From Psammoneis japonica (Eukaryota), in NCBI GenBank assembly GCA_008632985.1, contig QPGO01000283.1, positions 1 through 64,000 of the forward strand: a DNA stretch of 64,000 nt, given 5' to 3'. A program made the translations under genes and the position numbers. Below, piece after piece: positions 1-13,403 of this stretch. The notes under the pieces are model-generated. The model was not told where the DNA came from and made no database searches. It was given only the letters and a program-made list of their open reading frames with translations. The first letter of the stretch is position 1. Every line of letters begins with the position of its first letter.

Positions 1-1010
1 CCAACAGATGCTGCTCTGGCTCTTTTGGGGGGTGCCATCTTGCCTCAGAGACACCAGCACCTGTGTTTTTGGCTGAGCATTCTCCTGACATGCTTGCCAA
101 TCTTCCTTGTGGTTTCCACACCAGGACCTGCCTGTCATCCGGACTTAGCAATGGTGTCATGCACCCACTCCTTCAAATTTTTTGTGCTTCCACATTCAGC
201 TGTGTCCTTGCTCACATTTTCCAGGACTTGTGTTTGAGTTCCATGGCTTGCTGACAGCTGCACACTCTGTTTCACTGACCCTGACACAACCTTGCCACAC
301 CTTCTTTTGGCAGACTCTTGCAGCTTCTTCAACAGCAAGGCCCTCCAAAGACCATTTCTTTGCCCTTCTTCAGCTGGCTTGTTTGGTGCAATCTGCCAAC
401 ATGAGGTGTGCCTTTGGATTCCTGTGAACTTCCCACCTTTTCCTTTGGATTTCTGTCAACTTCCCAGCCCTTGTCTTTGGATTTCTCACAACTTCCCAGC
501 ATTGTAACAACACCAATCCTTTGGGTGTTGTGCCGTGCCTTTTTGGCTTCTGCGTTGGAGCTTTGTGGCTTGCCAACCAGCATGCGTGGTGTGGTCTCAC
601 TGACTCCCACACCTGACCACGTAGCTTGCAAACAAATTGTGCCAATGCCGTGGACCACTGTTGCCATGCTGGCCTGGTGCAGAAGCTGAAAAGTGAGTGC
701 AAAACCCACAACTCAATCGGAGCTGCTAATGCAAACTTGCTTTGTTGTCCACAAATGTCAGCATGCCTTTCCCCTGCAACTTTGTCTGTCTGTCCCATGA
801 AAAACACCTCTGACCCCAATGTTTCAACATGTTTCCAGGTTGTGAGCATGGTTCCTGTGTGGACAGTGACAAAACAGAGCAGTGGCATGGTGAATGGGTT
901 GTCTAAACCATTTCCCAAGCCATCATAACAAGCAGCCATGTGATGTGTGACAGCATCAATTGCTGGAACCAGGCTGCAATCAACTGTGAGGTTTTCAAAT
1001 TGCCACAAGG
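1..1010 (-). repeat. Decayed dispersed repeat of unknown family, homologous to 47330-48130
   Basis: 85-510 aligns by eye with 47425-47850 (gacatgcttgccaatcttcc... vs gacatgcttgctgatcttcc...). Both give related minus-strand peptides (xLADCxKQAS, TLGSExxF). Confidence 0.6.
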
Positions 1011-1889
1011 GCTCTGAACATTGTGGCATCCTTTGTGTGCACCACCAACCTGGTGATGTCAAAAAATCTCAATCAAAAGCAAAACAACAAGGTGCACACC
1101 TGCTGCTCATTTTGTCTGCTGCTTGCTTTGTCATTTGCTCTGACAACAGCACAGCCCATGTCCAACTGCATGAAAAACCTGAAGTGCTGGGTGAGCAAAT
1201 GTGGTGTTTGCTCTTTTGATTTTTTGGGAGTGTGCGTGTGTTCATGTGTTTCACAAACTTTCAAGGTCTTTGTTTGGTGACGGTGATGCCAATGCTCAAG
1301 CTTTAAATTTCAAAGTCTTTAAAGAACTCTGGGAGCTGGGTGGGCTGCCTCCCAATCTTGCAAAAATGCCCAAGGTGGGTGCCCTTGAAACTCCAGTGAC
1401 AGCAAAGTGAAAATCCATTGTGGAAAAATGGAAGATGTCAGAGACTAAACTTCAAGTTTGCTCCCACAGCAAGTTGTCCCTTGGTGGCAGCCCACTTCAG
1501 CATGCCTCAAACTGGCATTGTTGCAAGGCACTCCAAGGTGAGGAAAAACAACAGAAATCAAAAACCTGGAAATGCTTTGCACAACTTCTGATCCAACCAT
1601 GGAGGAGGTGACAGAGTTAAGTCTGTGGCTGGGTTGAGCCCATTGTGTGCCAAGATGGTTGCAGGAAATGACACTCTTTTTTTGCCCCTGATCATTGGGG
1701 TGTGCAAGAATCATTGCCACAGCAAGCTTTGCATGGTGGCAAGTCCACAACCACAAAGGACAAGGAGTCAATGAAAAGTGCACTCTTTGGCAAGATCACC
1801 TCTGACAATGAATCTGGAGCACTCATTTCACCATCTTCTTTCCCAACTCTCAATGTGCCAGCCACTGCACTGCTTCTGAAATGACGTGG

Positions 1890-2400
1890 CAATTGACAAC
1901 ACTGTGCTTCTTTCACAAAACTGACTCTGGAACACTCACATTCTTGACAACTCTGCCATTGATGCAAAACACATTCCCTGGACCTTCAACTGGTGCATCA
2001 GAGCATGCATTGCAGTGATCAAGGCTGGTCATTTGAGCAACACTGGAGATGCAAGTTGGTCCACAGAGACAACTTGAACTGTGTGTGTGGGCTGTTCCAT
2101 GTCAGCTCCTGGTTGCTTCATGTCTCATCCTGTTGTTTTTGCTTTGTTGCCTTGGCATCCTGGCAAGGGGAGCATTCAGGCATGTTGCATTTTGCCAGGC
2201 TCTTTGGAAGCACACCCAATCTTGCCATCCATTGCAGTTTCACAAAACTTGTGCAACCAAATTGTTGACAGCATTTCAGGAGCAGCCATGCCTCAGCAGA
2301 TCCTTGGTGGTCCTCCATGTCCTTTGCCACAGGCATTGGCTCAGAGTCTTCATCTGGCACTGCAGGTGGTGTCTTGGAGAAGTCCACTCACTCTGAGGTT
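1890..2400 (-). pseudogene. Copia GAG-pre-integrase / integrase N-terminal fragment
   Basis: ORF 2118-2387 reads QQFGCTSFVKLQWMARLGVLPKSLAKCNMPECSPCQDAKATK, matching the Copia pre-integrase pattern H.RFGH.SF.KLQ.MA..G..PK.LA.C..P.C..C. Confidence 0.7.
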
Positions 2401-2449
2401 AAACTTGGCAAGGTGCCCGTGTCTCCCTTGTGCTTGCCATTCATTGTCA

Positions 2450-2670
2450 GTCCATCTAAGTCAAAAACTGCTGCCGTGGACCCATCACCTTCCCCAGGTG
2501 CTGACCCCAAGTCTTGCAATTGGTTTTGGCTCTCCTGCTGGTTTGCTGCTCCTTGCATGGTGCATTGGTGTCATGTCTCTTCTCATCTTCGTCTTGGTCC
2601 ATCTGAGTCAAAAACTGCCACCATGAACCCATCCCCTTCCCCAGGTGCCAACCCTGAGTCTTGCAATTGG
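2450..2670. repeat. Direct repeat, about 74-bp unit at 147-bp spacing
   Basis: gtccatctaagtcaaaaactgc...tcttgcaattgg (2450-2523) recurs at 2597-2670. Confidence 0.75.
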
Positions 2671-3056
2671 CCTTGGCTTGCAGGTCTGTCAAACAAATGA
2701 CGACCTTACACTTGAGTTTGCATCATGCAAAAGCACTCAGTCATGCATGCATTGCAGACATGGAGCAATGGCCCCTGTTGATTGATCCAATTGACTGCAA
2801 TTCGAAAGGAGCATGAAATGTTCAGAATCCCTCTGTGTTGAGTGTTGAAACTGATCTTTTCAATGCTCTGGGCAAATGGACAATTCAATCCACTGGCACT
2901 CACAATTTGTGAACTTACTTCACTGCAACAACCAAGCTCTTCATCAGTTCAAAGACCTTGGTGAACATTGTTGGCAGATTCCAATGGTCAGCAGTTGGGT
3001 GTTTTGATGCGCTTCCTCTGGACTGAGGACTGAAACAAAAGAGACAACCAGTTGCA

Positions 3057-4255
3057 ATGGCATTTTCTCTGACACCTGCTCAGGCCATCACAGGCATTCT
3101 TGATTTTGTTGAGAAGGCTTGCAGAGCTGTCTGCAAGGTTGACAGAGCTGTCTGCAACAAGACAGTTGAGAAGCTCATGGAAAATGGCTTCAACTGCACA
3201 CAGCAGAAACCATTTCAGTTCCTCAAGACCCTCAAAGAGATCAAGCTGCCACAAATGGTTGGAATGAAGATGATGGGATCTTGATGATTCCCAATGACCT
3301 GACAGACATCATGTCCGACACCACCAATTTATTGACACACCACAATCAAATTGAAATGGATCTCATCTGTGATTGCAAGCACGTGCACATCAATCAACTG
3401 GTGAGGCCAGCAAAAGACATGAGGATGCTGTGCCATCTACTTGTGAGTGCACTTTCTGAAGAAGGAAAAACCAGAATTTTGGTCTGGGGAAAGCAATGTA
3501 AAATTGTCAAGAACAACAAGATGTGTCTCTCAGGAAAAATGCTTCTGTTGAAGGTGACAATCAGAGAAAGGCACCTCAACACCAATGCCACTGCAATGAG
3601 CATGAGGATGAAACTCAGCAATCTTGACAAGTGTGTTGGCACAGCATTGAGCAATGTTGTTAAATGCAACCAATGCATGCTGCTCTTGATGCAAGCTCTC
3701 AAGTTTCATGGTGAGACAACGGAAGACCTTCAATTGAACTTGTTTGAGGGACACCTTGTGGCATCCGACAAGACATTTGTCGATTGTGTCCATCACAAGC
3801 ATGATGAAGGAAATGACATGACATGGATCCCAACAAACTTGTGAGCCTCATGGTCAACAAGTGCAAGAAGATGGTCAAGACAGAGGAATGGAGTGCACCA
3901 TCCCTCAATGAGGAGAACATTCTGGCTCCAGAAGTGAAGGTCAAAACCCTCAAGAAATCATCTCGATGCAAGAAAACTGATTCCAAGAAGAAGGGAAATC
4001 CAAAGGGCCAGAAGAAAGGAGGGAAAAAGACTCACTGTCCCAAGCCCAATTGGTTGGAGAAGGATGAGACCCATGAATGATCAACTTCATGAGCCCCAAT
4101 GTTAGAATGACAAGCCACATTGTTGTTGGGCTGTCATGAAGACATGGGCAGAAAGTGTGAGGAAAAGTGGCAGATCCACAAACCATCAGCATGTGAAGGA
4201 AAAGCCTTCCTTGCTCAGAAACTTGGTGGCACAAAACATCCTTCAGAAAAGAGAA
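3057..4255 (+). pseudogene. Copia (CoDi-like) gag, frameshifted; interrupted at 4256 and resuming at 11331-11450
   Basis: MAFSLTPAQAITGILDF...LLKVTIRERHLNTNATAMSMRMKLSNLDK...GETTEDLQLNLFEGHLVASDKTFV...EWSAPS is a typical diatom Copia gag. A Lys/acidic tail continues beyond the nested element. Confidence 0.75.
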
Positions 4256-4440
4256 TGACAGAACATTGAAGGGCAATGATGATGATGACATGAAAGACTC
4301 CCCAAGCACCAGGACTGTGACAACACGAGCACTGGCAAAAGAGAATGAGAGTCAGATCTCAGAGAGATCTGCTTGTCTGTCTAGAATGGTCTGGCATCGT
4401 CCACACACAGTCTGCCCATCCTGCTGTTAGCAGACTGACA
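4256..4440 (-). repeat. 3' LTR of Copia 4256-11330
   Basis: aagggcaatgatgatgatgacatgaaagactc...cagactgaca matches 11160-11330. The adjacent acctcccctg is a PPT on the minus strand. Confidence 0.85.
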
Positions 4441-4499
4441 ACCTCCCCTGATCTGGAATGTCCAAAAGCTGGAAGACAATGCAGATCAACCAATGAACA

Positions 4500-7400
4500 G
4501 GGATGATGTGAAAGAACAGACCAAATGACAAAACGCAATGTCCAGACCCAATGTGCAACAACCAAAAGGGCAATCAGCAGCAGGGATGCCACCACACAAA
4601 AAATGTCAACGGCAGTGTCCCATCATTTGTTGAGCATGCGATGGTGAGTGTAAAGCACCCATCCCAGAGCCTTGGCAAGGTCATCACTGGGATCAACAAT
4701 GCCAGGGATGTGTTGGGTGGCAATCTTGCCAGCCTCCTTCTAGTCTTGGATCATGAAACATTGAACGTTAATGTGTCGCGAGCACTCTGCAGGGACAGAA
4801 TGGTTGATGATCTTTGTTGCCTGCTCATTGTCAATGAATGATGGTGTGGGTCCCACCTGGGGAAACCCCAGTTCATGGAGAACATGGCAAAGGAAAAGGA
4901 CATGCTTGGAGGTGGTTCCGGTGGCATGGAACTCTGCATCTGTAGAACTTGCAGCAGCGACCAATTGTGTCTTGCATTGGAAGGACACAGCGGCACCAGC
5001 AAGCATGCAACTGTGTCCCACAGTGGATTGGTGGTTGCAAAGGTCATTTCCATGCACAGCATCTGGGAAAGCAAGGAGCTGGTGATCACACTCCACAGTG
5101 GGAAAGGACAGCAAGGTGGGATCATCAATCAACCATTTGCAAGGACATTTCAGCAGGCCAGGGTCCAACTTGGTCTTCTTGCAGTTGAGTTCCCAATTCT
5201 TGGTGTGTTGCAGACACTTGGCAACACCCTTGAGTGCATTGTGATGAGCCACAGAAGGACAAGTGGAGAACTTGAACAGGGCACCTGTGGCATGTCTAAT
5301 GTCCAAATGGCAGACAACACATGCATGCAACAATTCACCAAGTGGACTGTGATGACCAAAGCCAGCTGCTTCCTTTAACTCTGCATGCTCCAAAGTGCCT
5401 TCAGCAGGACCAATGGTGGCACACAATTCATGGATAGACTCGACAGGCATCAACATTGCCTTGCAATCAGTGGTGGGTTCATCTGCAGCAGGTTTGATCC
5501 ATCCATGGGAGACAAAAACATGGTCAATGTAGCCACAGATGGCAATGCCAATGGAGTCATCACACTGGTGAATGTCAACACCATTGAAGTCTCCAATGAG
5601 GCCAAGACACTTGAAGGGTGGACCAGCTTCCAAAGGAAGTTGGAGAGCTTTGCCAATCTTGTCATAGATCTTGAGCACAATGGCTTCTTTGGGACATGCA
5701 ATTGAAAAATCATCAACCTGGTGCAAAAGCAGTGCCTCGTGTCTGTTGAAGGCAGCGGAGCAAATGCACTTGTTGTGGGCAGTGTCATGGAACAAAAGAA
5801 TCACATCAGAGAGAATGCCATTGATGTGATTCTCCCAGAGCACGCCAGCTTCTGGGTGTCCTTGGAGAGCATGTTGCATTGGAAGAACCACACTCAGATC
5901 CAACTCAACTCAAAATCCAGACTTGCACCATGTTGCACAAGCTTCATCAACCGCAACATAAACAGAATGAGAAGGCACTGGAAAGTGTGCAAATGCATCT
6001 TGTGCATCGCCTCCACAAATGCGACAGCTCAGAGTCACAGCAAGGGCAAAAAACATCCGGCAGACAGGTCATCAACACACAAAGAATGAGCGGAGTGAAG
6101 GAATGGTGTGTGCCATCATGCTTGAGGTCATGCTGCCAATGGGGATGGAGGACCACAGCATCCTTGGGGCATTTGATGGGTGCACCAAACATGCCAAGCT
6201 CGTGAAATTGATCAAATTGCTTGAATTCACTGGCATGCCATTTGGGGCAAGAGGGTAACTTCTTGAGATGATGATGGGTGAAAGCACCCAATGCTTGTTC
6301 CACTGGAGCAACAGTGTGAGATGAAATGGTGTGTGGGTTCATGACACCATTGTCATGATCAATGTAAAGTGGTGGGGGTTCATCAACATCATCCAAACTG
6401 GAGAAGTCAGCATCAGGGTGTTGAATTGCTGCAATCGCTTGAGTGTCAGCCGGAGAAAAATTCTGGCACATGTTCCTCATCAGGATCCAGTGCAGGAGCA
6501 AAGATGTTGCACTCTGCCAAAGCACATTGTGCAATGCCTTAGAGTCAAGATGGCATTGGGGAGTAAATTCAATCTCAAAATGTGTCTTGTCTGAGTCATG
6601 CATTGCTTGCAACCACTTGACAGCATCATCCACAGTAAAAACACTTTGGTCGTCAATGGAGACAATGCATGCACCCAAAATCTTGTTGTGAGTCACTTTC
6701 AAAGAAGAAAACAAGTGAGCAGCATGGGTGCCATGTTGAATGTCCAAGACACAGACACATTGACAGAGCTCATCGGTGTGGAGGGTCATGCCAAAAGTAG
6801 AATCAGTGAACAGACCCTTCATCATGTGAGTGACAGTCTTGGCAAAAGGGTTGCTGACAAAATGAAACTGCTCCACAGTGGTTTCCTCAGATTCAGTTGG
6901 AATGGGTTCACCGGCTTGAGCACCTTCCAAATGAACCACATTCAGGGGAATGGAATCATGGTCCAAATCATTCACCCCCTCGTCAAATCAGACATGCTTG
7001 GTGGTCTTGACACGAGATGTCTCGGGGTCACACTGAAGGATGTTCTTGGCAGTGTCAGGCAGGTGTCCCAAGAAAATCCCCTTGCAAGAGTTTGTTCAAA
7101 ACTTTGCCCTCTGATGGTTTGATGCTCATGCCCAAACGTGGCAACCAAAAGTCCAGAATGCAGAGAAATCATGTTTCTCACCCACAGCAAGAGCAATCAG
7201 AGCAGCTTCCCATCCTTTCAATGATGCAGCATTCTTGATCCGCAAACAATGGTGAAAAGCACACGGCCAAAACTTTGTGGGCAAATGAGCACCTGTCAAT
7301 GTCACCCGAGTGGCATTGTGGCAATGGTCAAATGACTCTTCTCCACTGGGCCACTCTGATTTGAAGCATCCTCTTTTCCAGTGGGACAAATCACACAGTG

Positions 7401-8565
7401 GAAGTCATCCTCAAAAAGTCACTGAACTGCTGGGTTGCAATGCAACTTGCTGCCTTGATCCAGAAAGACACCTTCACCCAGACATTTTGGTGAGTGCTCC
7501 TCCAGAAAATGGTGAGTCCAATTCAAAGGGGGCAGCTTTGGAAACACAAGCAGCACCATGAAGACATTTTGCAGCATCATCACAGACGGTGATCCAACAA
7601 GTTTCAACATGATCAACCAAGCATTGTTCATTCTTGGAATGCAGGCCAGAGAAAGAGAAATCAATGGCAAGGCCTTGGCAGGGCTGGGTTGCAGTCATCG
7701 TAGAATTTGGATGAGTGGCTGCCTTGGTCTGTTTAGCTTGTGTGCAAGTGGGACAGGTGTCCAAAGGGGATGTGCCATGAGCAAGCTTTGGAACACCATC
7801 AACATGTTCATGGGCATGATGCAGATGGTGATCACTGGGGTGGCCAAGGTGTTGGTGCCACAAGAGTTGTTCAGTGTCTGCCTTGGTGAGAGACTGAATG
7901 GGGATCATCTTCTTGGCATGTTCCTTGAAAGGGACATCTTGGCAGACACGAGGCATTGATTTACATTCTTCATGCAAGAGGTTGTGTTGGGAGTCATGAC
8001 ATGTTTCAATCATGTGTGCCAACACAGCTTTGCATTCATCAGCAAATGAAGGTTCACGCTCTTTCAATTGTGCTGTTGACTCATCAAGAGCTTCATTGGA
8101 TGTTGGAGGTGTGAGAGGGTGCCCACAACATTTGCCATTGATTGATTGTCCATGGATGACAACATCCTGACTCTTGCGCAGTTGATGACATGCCATGCTG
8201 AACTTGCAGGTGCCCAAATTGTGGAACTTGAGGATGCAATCAACATTGTGGTCCTTGCCATGCCATCCATTGGTGAAAGCAACAAACGTTCACCAAACAG
8301 GGTGGAATGAATCTTGGGATGACAGCAAGTTCAAATTGGCATGCAGGCCCATCTCAGGGGGGTTTTCCATGGGAATGTGTAGGTGTCCAAAGCCAAATGG
8401 CATTGCTTCATGACCTGATGCCAGATTAACAGCAAGTGGACATGGATTGTCCAGTGTAAAATCTTGGTGTTGGTGAAGGAGGTCAGGTTCACCAGTGCAC
8501 GCAACATCAGCACCAGCATCCAATTGATCACATTGTTCATCAGGTGCAAAGGAAATGGCACTCAC
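4500..8565 (-). pseudogene. Copia pol (PR, integrase, RT, RNase H), with multiple stops and frameshifts
   Basis: ALQGHPEAGVLWE, LLHQVDDFSIA (RT), AFPDAVHGND and AAASSTDAEF (RNase H), AHLPTKFWPCAF (INT). Confidence 0.85.
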
Positions 8566-11145
8566 TTGAACCAGTTCACTGTCAATGTGATCTGCCTCAG
8601 AAGCAAATGCAATGGTTGGTGTGACAGAAGTGACTCAAACAGAATTGATCTCCACCATCCCTTCTTCGTGGTTGATGCTGTTGCATTCAAAGTCAAACAA
8701 TTTTTCTGATTCGACAGAGGGTTGATGTTGCCTCCCCTGCTCTAAAGAATTTATGGCTGGATCATTGTCCGGCAGGGTGCTGACATCTGGTGTCAAGGAT
8801 GGCACTGGAGATTGTTGGTTGTCCTGTGTTGTCATCAGAGAAAGAGGTGGAGCAATGGCAGGTGACAAAACTGGCAGCCCCTCTTTCACAGTCACCCCGT
8901 GTCTTAGTGAGGAGAAAATGGGCTGTGTTGCAGATCCAAAACTGACTGCAATGGCCCCATTGAAAATCCGGAGACTTGGTGCTGGCACTGGTTGCACCAT
9001 CTGGAGTTTCCTTGGCAGATGGCAACAAACCTTGAGGTCCTTGGAATGTCACAGCCTGCATGGCTGCCGCCCACTTCAAGAACCGACAAAAGCAAATGTG
9101 GAAGCCTTTGATGTGTTGAGTGTTGTTCAATGCTGGGCAGTCATCAAACAAATGGATGCCTGAACAAACTGTGCAAGTTTGGTTGGTTGCTTCCTGTGGG
9201 TTGACCTTGAGCTTGTAGACAGAGGCAGCGCAAGCATGATGGAGGAGGCGATCCTCATCAGTGAGAGGCACATCAATGCCAGCCAATTCTTCACACAGGA
9301 TGTTAAATGTGTTCTCACTTGGTGCAATGGCATCATTGGGGATGTTGTTAGGGTCAGGAGTGTTGTCAACATGAGCCTCCACAAGAGGTGCTTCCAGAAT
9401 CTGCAAAGCATTGATCTCAATGGTGGCGCGGCAAGTGTTGTCTTGATTGTGGTCCCATTTGTGGCATGGGTTGCGAACGTTGGTGCAATTGGAGACAACA
9501 GGACTGTCAGATTGATGCAGGAAGTCTGACAGTGTCTCAACAATCTGGGCATCCATGTGCTTCTTTGGCAATGCTGGAGACTTGCATTTGTCATGTGCAG
9601 CACAAGACAAAACTTGGAATGCCTCATGTTCTTGATGAAGACAGTCATCTCACATGAGTCATCCAATGTAGAGTCCACATCAAAGACACAAGCACAGTGC
9701 AACTGTAGAAAATCCTTGAAAATGATGTGGTGGTCGGTCAGCAACAAGTTTCCTTGCGCAGGACAGGAATCCACCAATCCAGTGGCTTTGTCATTGAAAG
9801 CCAGATGATTCTCACATGGAATTTGCTTGAGTGCTTTGTGTCCAATTTCACAGCACAAAGCAACAACACGATGGCACTTGCTGTTCTTGGGGAACACATT
9901 TGCCTTGGAGAGAATCTTGTGGAGAGAGCTCTCAGCTTCCTTGCAATGTGTGTGCATGTGTTGGGGTGAGTCATCATCCTTGCCATTGCCAATTGTGAAT
10001 CCTTTCTCACCACCGTGGGTCTTGACAAAGCACAGCAAAGGTTGCATGCAGGATCCAGAGTCAAAACAGCAATGCTGGAAATTTTGATGCCAGCCAGAGA
10101 GAGTTGTCATGACACACAGGCAGCTCTCTGAACAACATCTTCTGATCAGGAGTTGATTGAGCTTATGATGAACAGAGTGCCACCATTGAGGATGATGTGG
10201 TCAGAGGCATCAATGCAATGGTGGCATCCATGCTCACATTGGGTGAGTGAACTTTGCAAGGCAACTTTGCCCAATTCCTTGCGACTGCAATGTTCACGAA
10301 CATCCTTGGATAAGGTGTTGGGATGCTTTGATGCAACAGCCACTGCAGCAGCACCTCCTGCAGTCTTCCCAGCAGCAGTCAAAGGCAGAGCTTGGCTTGA
10401 TGCAAACTTGTTGAGTGCTGTAACTAGATCATTCACACCAACAGTTGATGATCCCACAGACATCAAAGATTGGGGTGCAGATGGTGTCTTCCAGGTGCAT
10501 TCTTTGAGAGAGAATTTGCTCCAGTCTCTGTAACTTGATTTCATGGCAGGATCAAAGTGCATGTGCTGCATTGACATGAGAACATGGAGAGATTGTTCGT
10601 GTCTCTGAAGAGACATCTTGATCGTGGATGAGATAGCTTCAGGGGTCAGACAAACCACACGGAGCTTGTCAGGGTCAACAATGTGAAAAGGAGTTTCACC
10701 CACAATTGTCTTGATGGACTGCATGTCCATGTGGCAATCCACCGTGTGTGGTGGAAAAGCTTGATTGATGAGAAACTCTCAGAACAAGTCCACAAAATCC
10801 TTCTTGGACCAAGCATGCTCTGGGCATTCAAAGAATGGATCAAGATCGAATGTGGGGTCCATGTGCAGCATGTTCAGGCCTGTGCAGGAATGTGACAGAA
10901 TAGGATGTGCTTGGAATTCATGACAGATCTCTGCAATTGACATGGGAGTGGCCATTGTGTGGCCAGGAGACATCATGGTTGGACTTGGTGAAAACATTTT
11001 TAGTCATGATGCACACACAGAAATCTGGTGTGTTTCTACCAGCTTGAAAAATGCCGGGAAAGCAAGGGAAAAAAAATCCTTTGGGGAACAAAGATGGGGC
11101 TTGCTTGATCGGCTTACAAAACAAATGAATTGCAGTGTTGCAGGC

Positions 11146-11159
11146 ACAAGGCCACAACC
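11146..11159 (-). promoter_or_regulatory. Decayed primer-binding site, half-tRNA-iMet type
   Basis: The minus strand directly after the LTR reads ggttgtggccttg, resembling the copia-type half-tRNAiMet PBS GGTTATGGGCCCAG with a TA>TG change. Confidence 0.5.
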
Positions 11160-11330
11160 TGACAAAATGCCAAAGGGCAATGATGACAATGACATGAAAG
11201 ACTCTCCCTGAGCACTGGGACTGTGACAACATGAGCACCAGCAGAAAAGAATGAGAGGCAGATCATCTGTCTAGAATGGTCTGGCATTGTCCTTGTGCAG
11301 TCTGTCCATCATGCTGTCAGCAGACTAACA
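11160..11330 (-). repeat. 5' LTR of Copia 4256-11330
   Basis: Minus strand runs TGTTAGTCTG...TTTTGTCA and is homologous to 4256-4440. Confidence 0.85.
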
Positions 11331-12199
11331 AAGAATGATGAGCCAACATTAACCAAGAAGATCCAAAAAGACCTCAAGTCCCTCAAGCCATCAGAAGCTC
11401 CTCCTCTCACTGCCACCACAGATGAGATTGAGTCCTCCAATGAAGAATGACTGGCAGAGCAAGGTGACAAGCCTGATTGTGATTGGGGAATCCAGGGTGT
11501 TGCCATCTGCGTGCATCATTTGCTGCATGGTTTACAACTGTGGTTGTGGCTGTGCCACTGTTGGTGGTGCTGCCAATGCAATTTTAGTGGCTGCAACCTG
11601 CAACTGGATCTCAATCACAGTTCATGAATTGTTGAGGGAAGCAAATTGCAAACACTCTTCTGAACAAATTCATTGCCCCAGAGCTCACATCATGTTGCTG
11701 ACAATTGTCATTTTCCATCTCATTGTTTTCTTTGGCAAGAACCCTGACAACCCCAATCTGTGCTGCTTTTCATGATCAAAACATTGGACAAAAGGTAGAA
11801 GATTGATGTGGCAGGCCCAGTCAAGCATGCAATGGACAGGAAAACAATTGATTGATTTGTCTAAAACAAAATCAATCAACTGTCCACAGCCAAACAATCC
11901 CTGAGAGGGAGAATCAGGTGAGCAATTGTGTGAAACACCTTTGCCTTCTGCATCTTGTAGATTGCACTTTGTTTCACATTTCACATTGCAATTGCATTTC
12001 TTGCCCCAGACTGCCTTGTCCTTCTCTGATGCAGTGTCTCTGTCTGGTGGGGCAATGATCTGACATGGTGCACCAATCCACCCACAAAATTCTTGCCCAT
12101 CGTGCCAAAAATTTCTTGATTTTAATTTAAAAACTCTTGCACCCTGTGCCAGAAATCTTAGTTCTGATGTAAATTTTTTGTCACGCATCACAAGAAAAT

Positions 12200-12395
12200 T
12201 CAAACATGACAAACATGCGGATGATGTTCCCGACATTTTCAAGTGCAACACTTGGCTGCTTTTTACCATGAGACAATTGCCTTTTGGCCAATCCCCGATT
12301 CACATTACTCTCAAACTCTGCTTTAAATACAACAAGCACACGGATGATGTTCCCGACATTTTGCAGTGTGACACTTGGTCACTTTTCACCGTGTG
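12200..12395. repeat. Pair of about 70-bp direct repeats at about 125-bp spacing
   Basis: ggatgatgttcccgacatttt...acacttgg occurs at about 12219 and 12342. Confidence 0.7.
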
Positions 12396-13403
12396 ATAAA
12401 TTGTGCTCCAGTCAATGCCTGACTCACATTTCATTTTTGTTGTTGCTGGTGCAGTGAGTTGAATCTTGGTTAATTTCTCTCTGCTGTTGTCACACACTGC
12501 TGTTTGCCAGTGAACATCACTGTTCTGCTGCCCGTGTGTTCATGAGATCCTCATCCGCTTCTGTGGGTTGTTGTTCACTCTGCCTCCTTGAGAACCCATT
12601 CATGTCAAAGCACTGTTGTCAGTGGCTGTTGCTCCCAGAGTCCCCACCTCTGTGTTCCCATGTGCATTGTTCCTTCCTGTTGCTCCCTCTTCCCTGTCAC
12701 TCCCATCAGTTTTCAGAGCAGCCCATCCCTTCATGTCATCCTTCTTTTTCTTCTTTGTTTTCTTGCCACACTTGCTCTCCAATTTCTTTGTTTGCAGGTG
12801 GTGTGCATCGACTCTGCTGTAATCTGTTCTCTCCTGTGCTGCTGCACAGTGTAGCTCGTTGCATTTGTCGATCCCATTCTGGTTCCATCCTTGATTTTGC
12901 TTTGCTCCCTTTCCCTCTGGAATGTGCACTTGGGGGGCCCACCTTTATTTTTTTTGCTAAACGTCCTTTTTTTTGCTGGAGGCAAGCCCAATGTTTACAC
13001 ATGGACATTAATGTGTGTCACATTGGGCAATCAATGCTGATGCCTTATCCATACATAACATTGTAATAAGTGAAAAATGTAAACAGCCGACGCCGTCCCA
13101 TGTGGGAAGATGGCACAGGCTCATCCCTTCAGAACCACTAAATCAACCACCACCACTGTCAGGCATCCACTGCTAGCCCGTGATCAAGACTACCTACATG
13201 TCACAGACGAGTCCGCCAAAACATCGCGCAGAGAAGTGCCGCCACCCCCATATATCCTCGTGGCAGCATACATACACTATATACATTATTTAGCTCCACC
13301 GCAAAAAAAAATACACTGCATGTTGAGTAATATAAAATGTGAGGATCCTATAAGTAACAACACACCTTTGTGCACGAATGTGTTATATTTCAAATTTTCC
13401 ACA

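Larger units (their letters stand above)
4256..11330 (-). mobile_element. Full-length, heavily decayed Ty1/Copia LTR retrotransposon nested in an older Copia gag
   Basis: Paired TG..CA LTRs at 4256-4440 and 11160-11330. TSD GAGAA/AAGAA, PPT at 4441-4450, PBS at 11146-11159. Minus-strand domain order is gag, PR (QLDAGADV), pre-integrase (LLWHQHLGHPS), INT, RT, RNase H. Confidence 0.88.

Noticed and set aside
12536..13066. Lys-rich or hydrophobic ORFs
   Set aside because: Low-complexity pyrimidine-rich tract with no recognisable domain.
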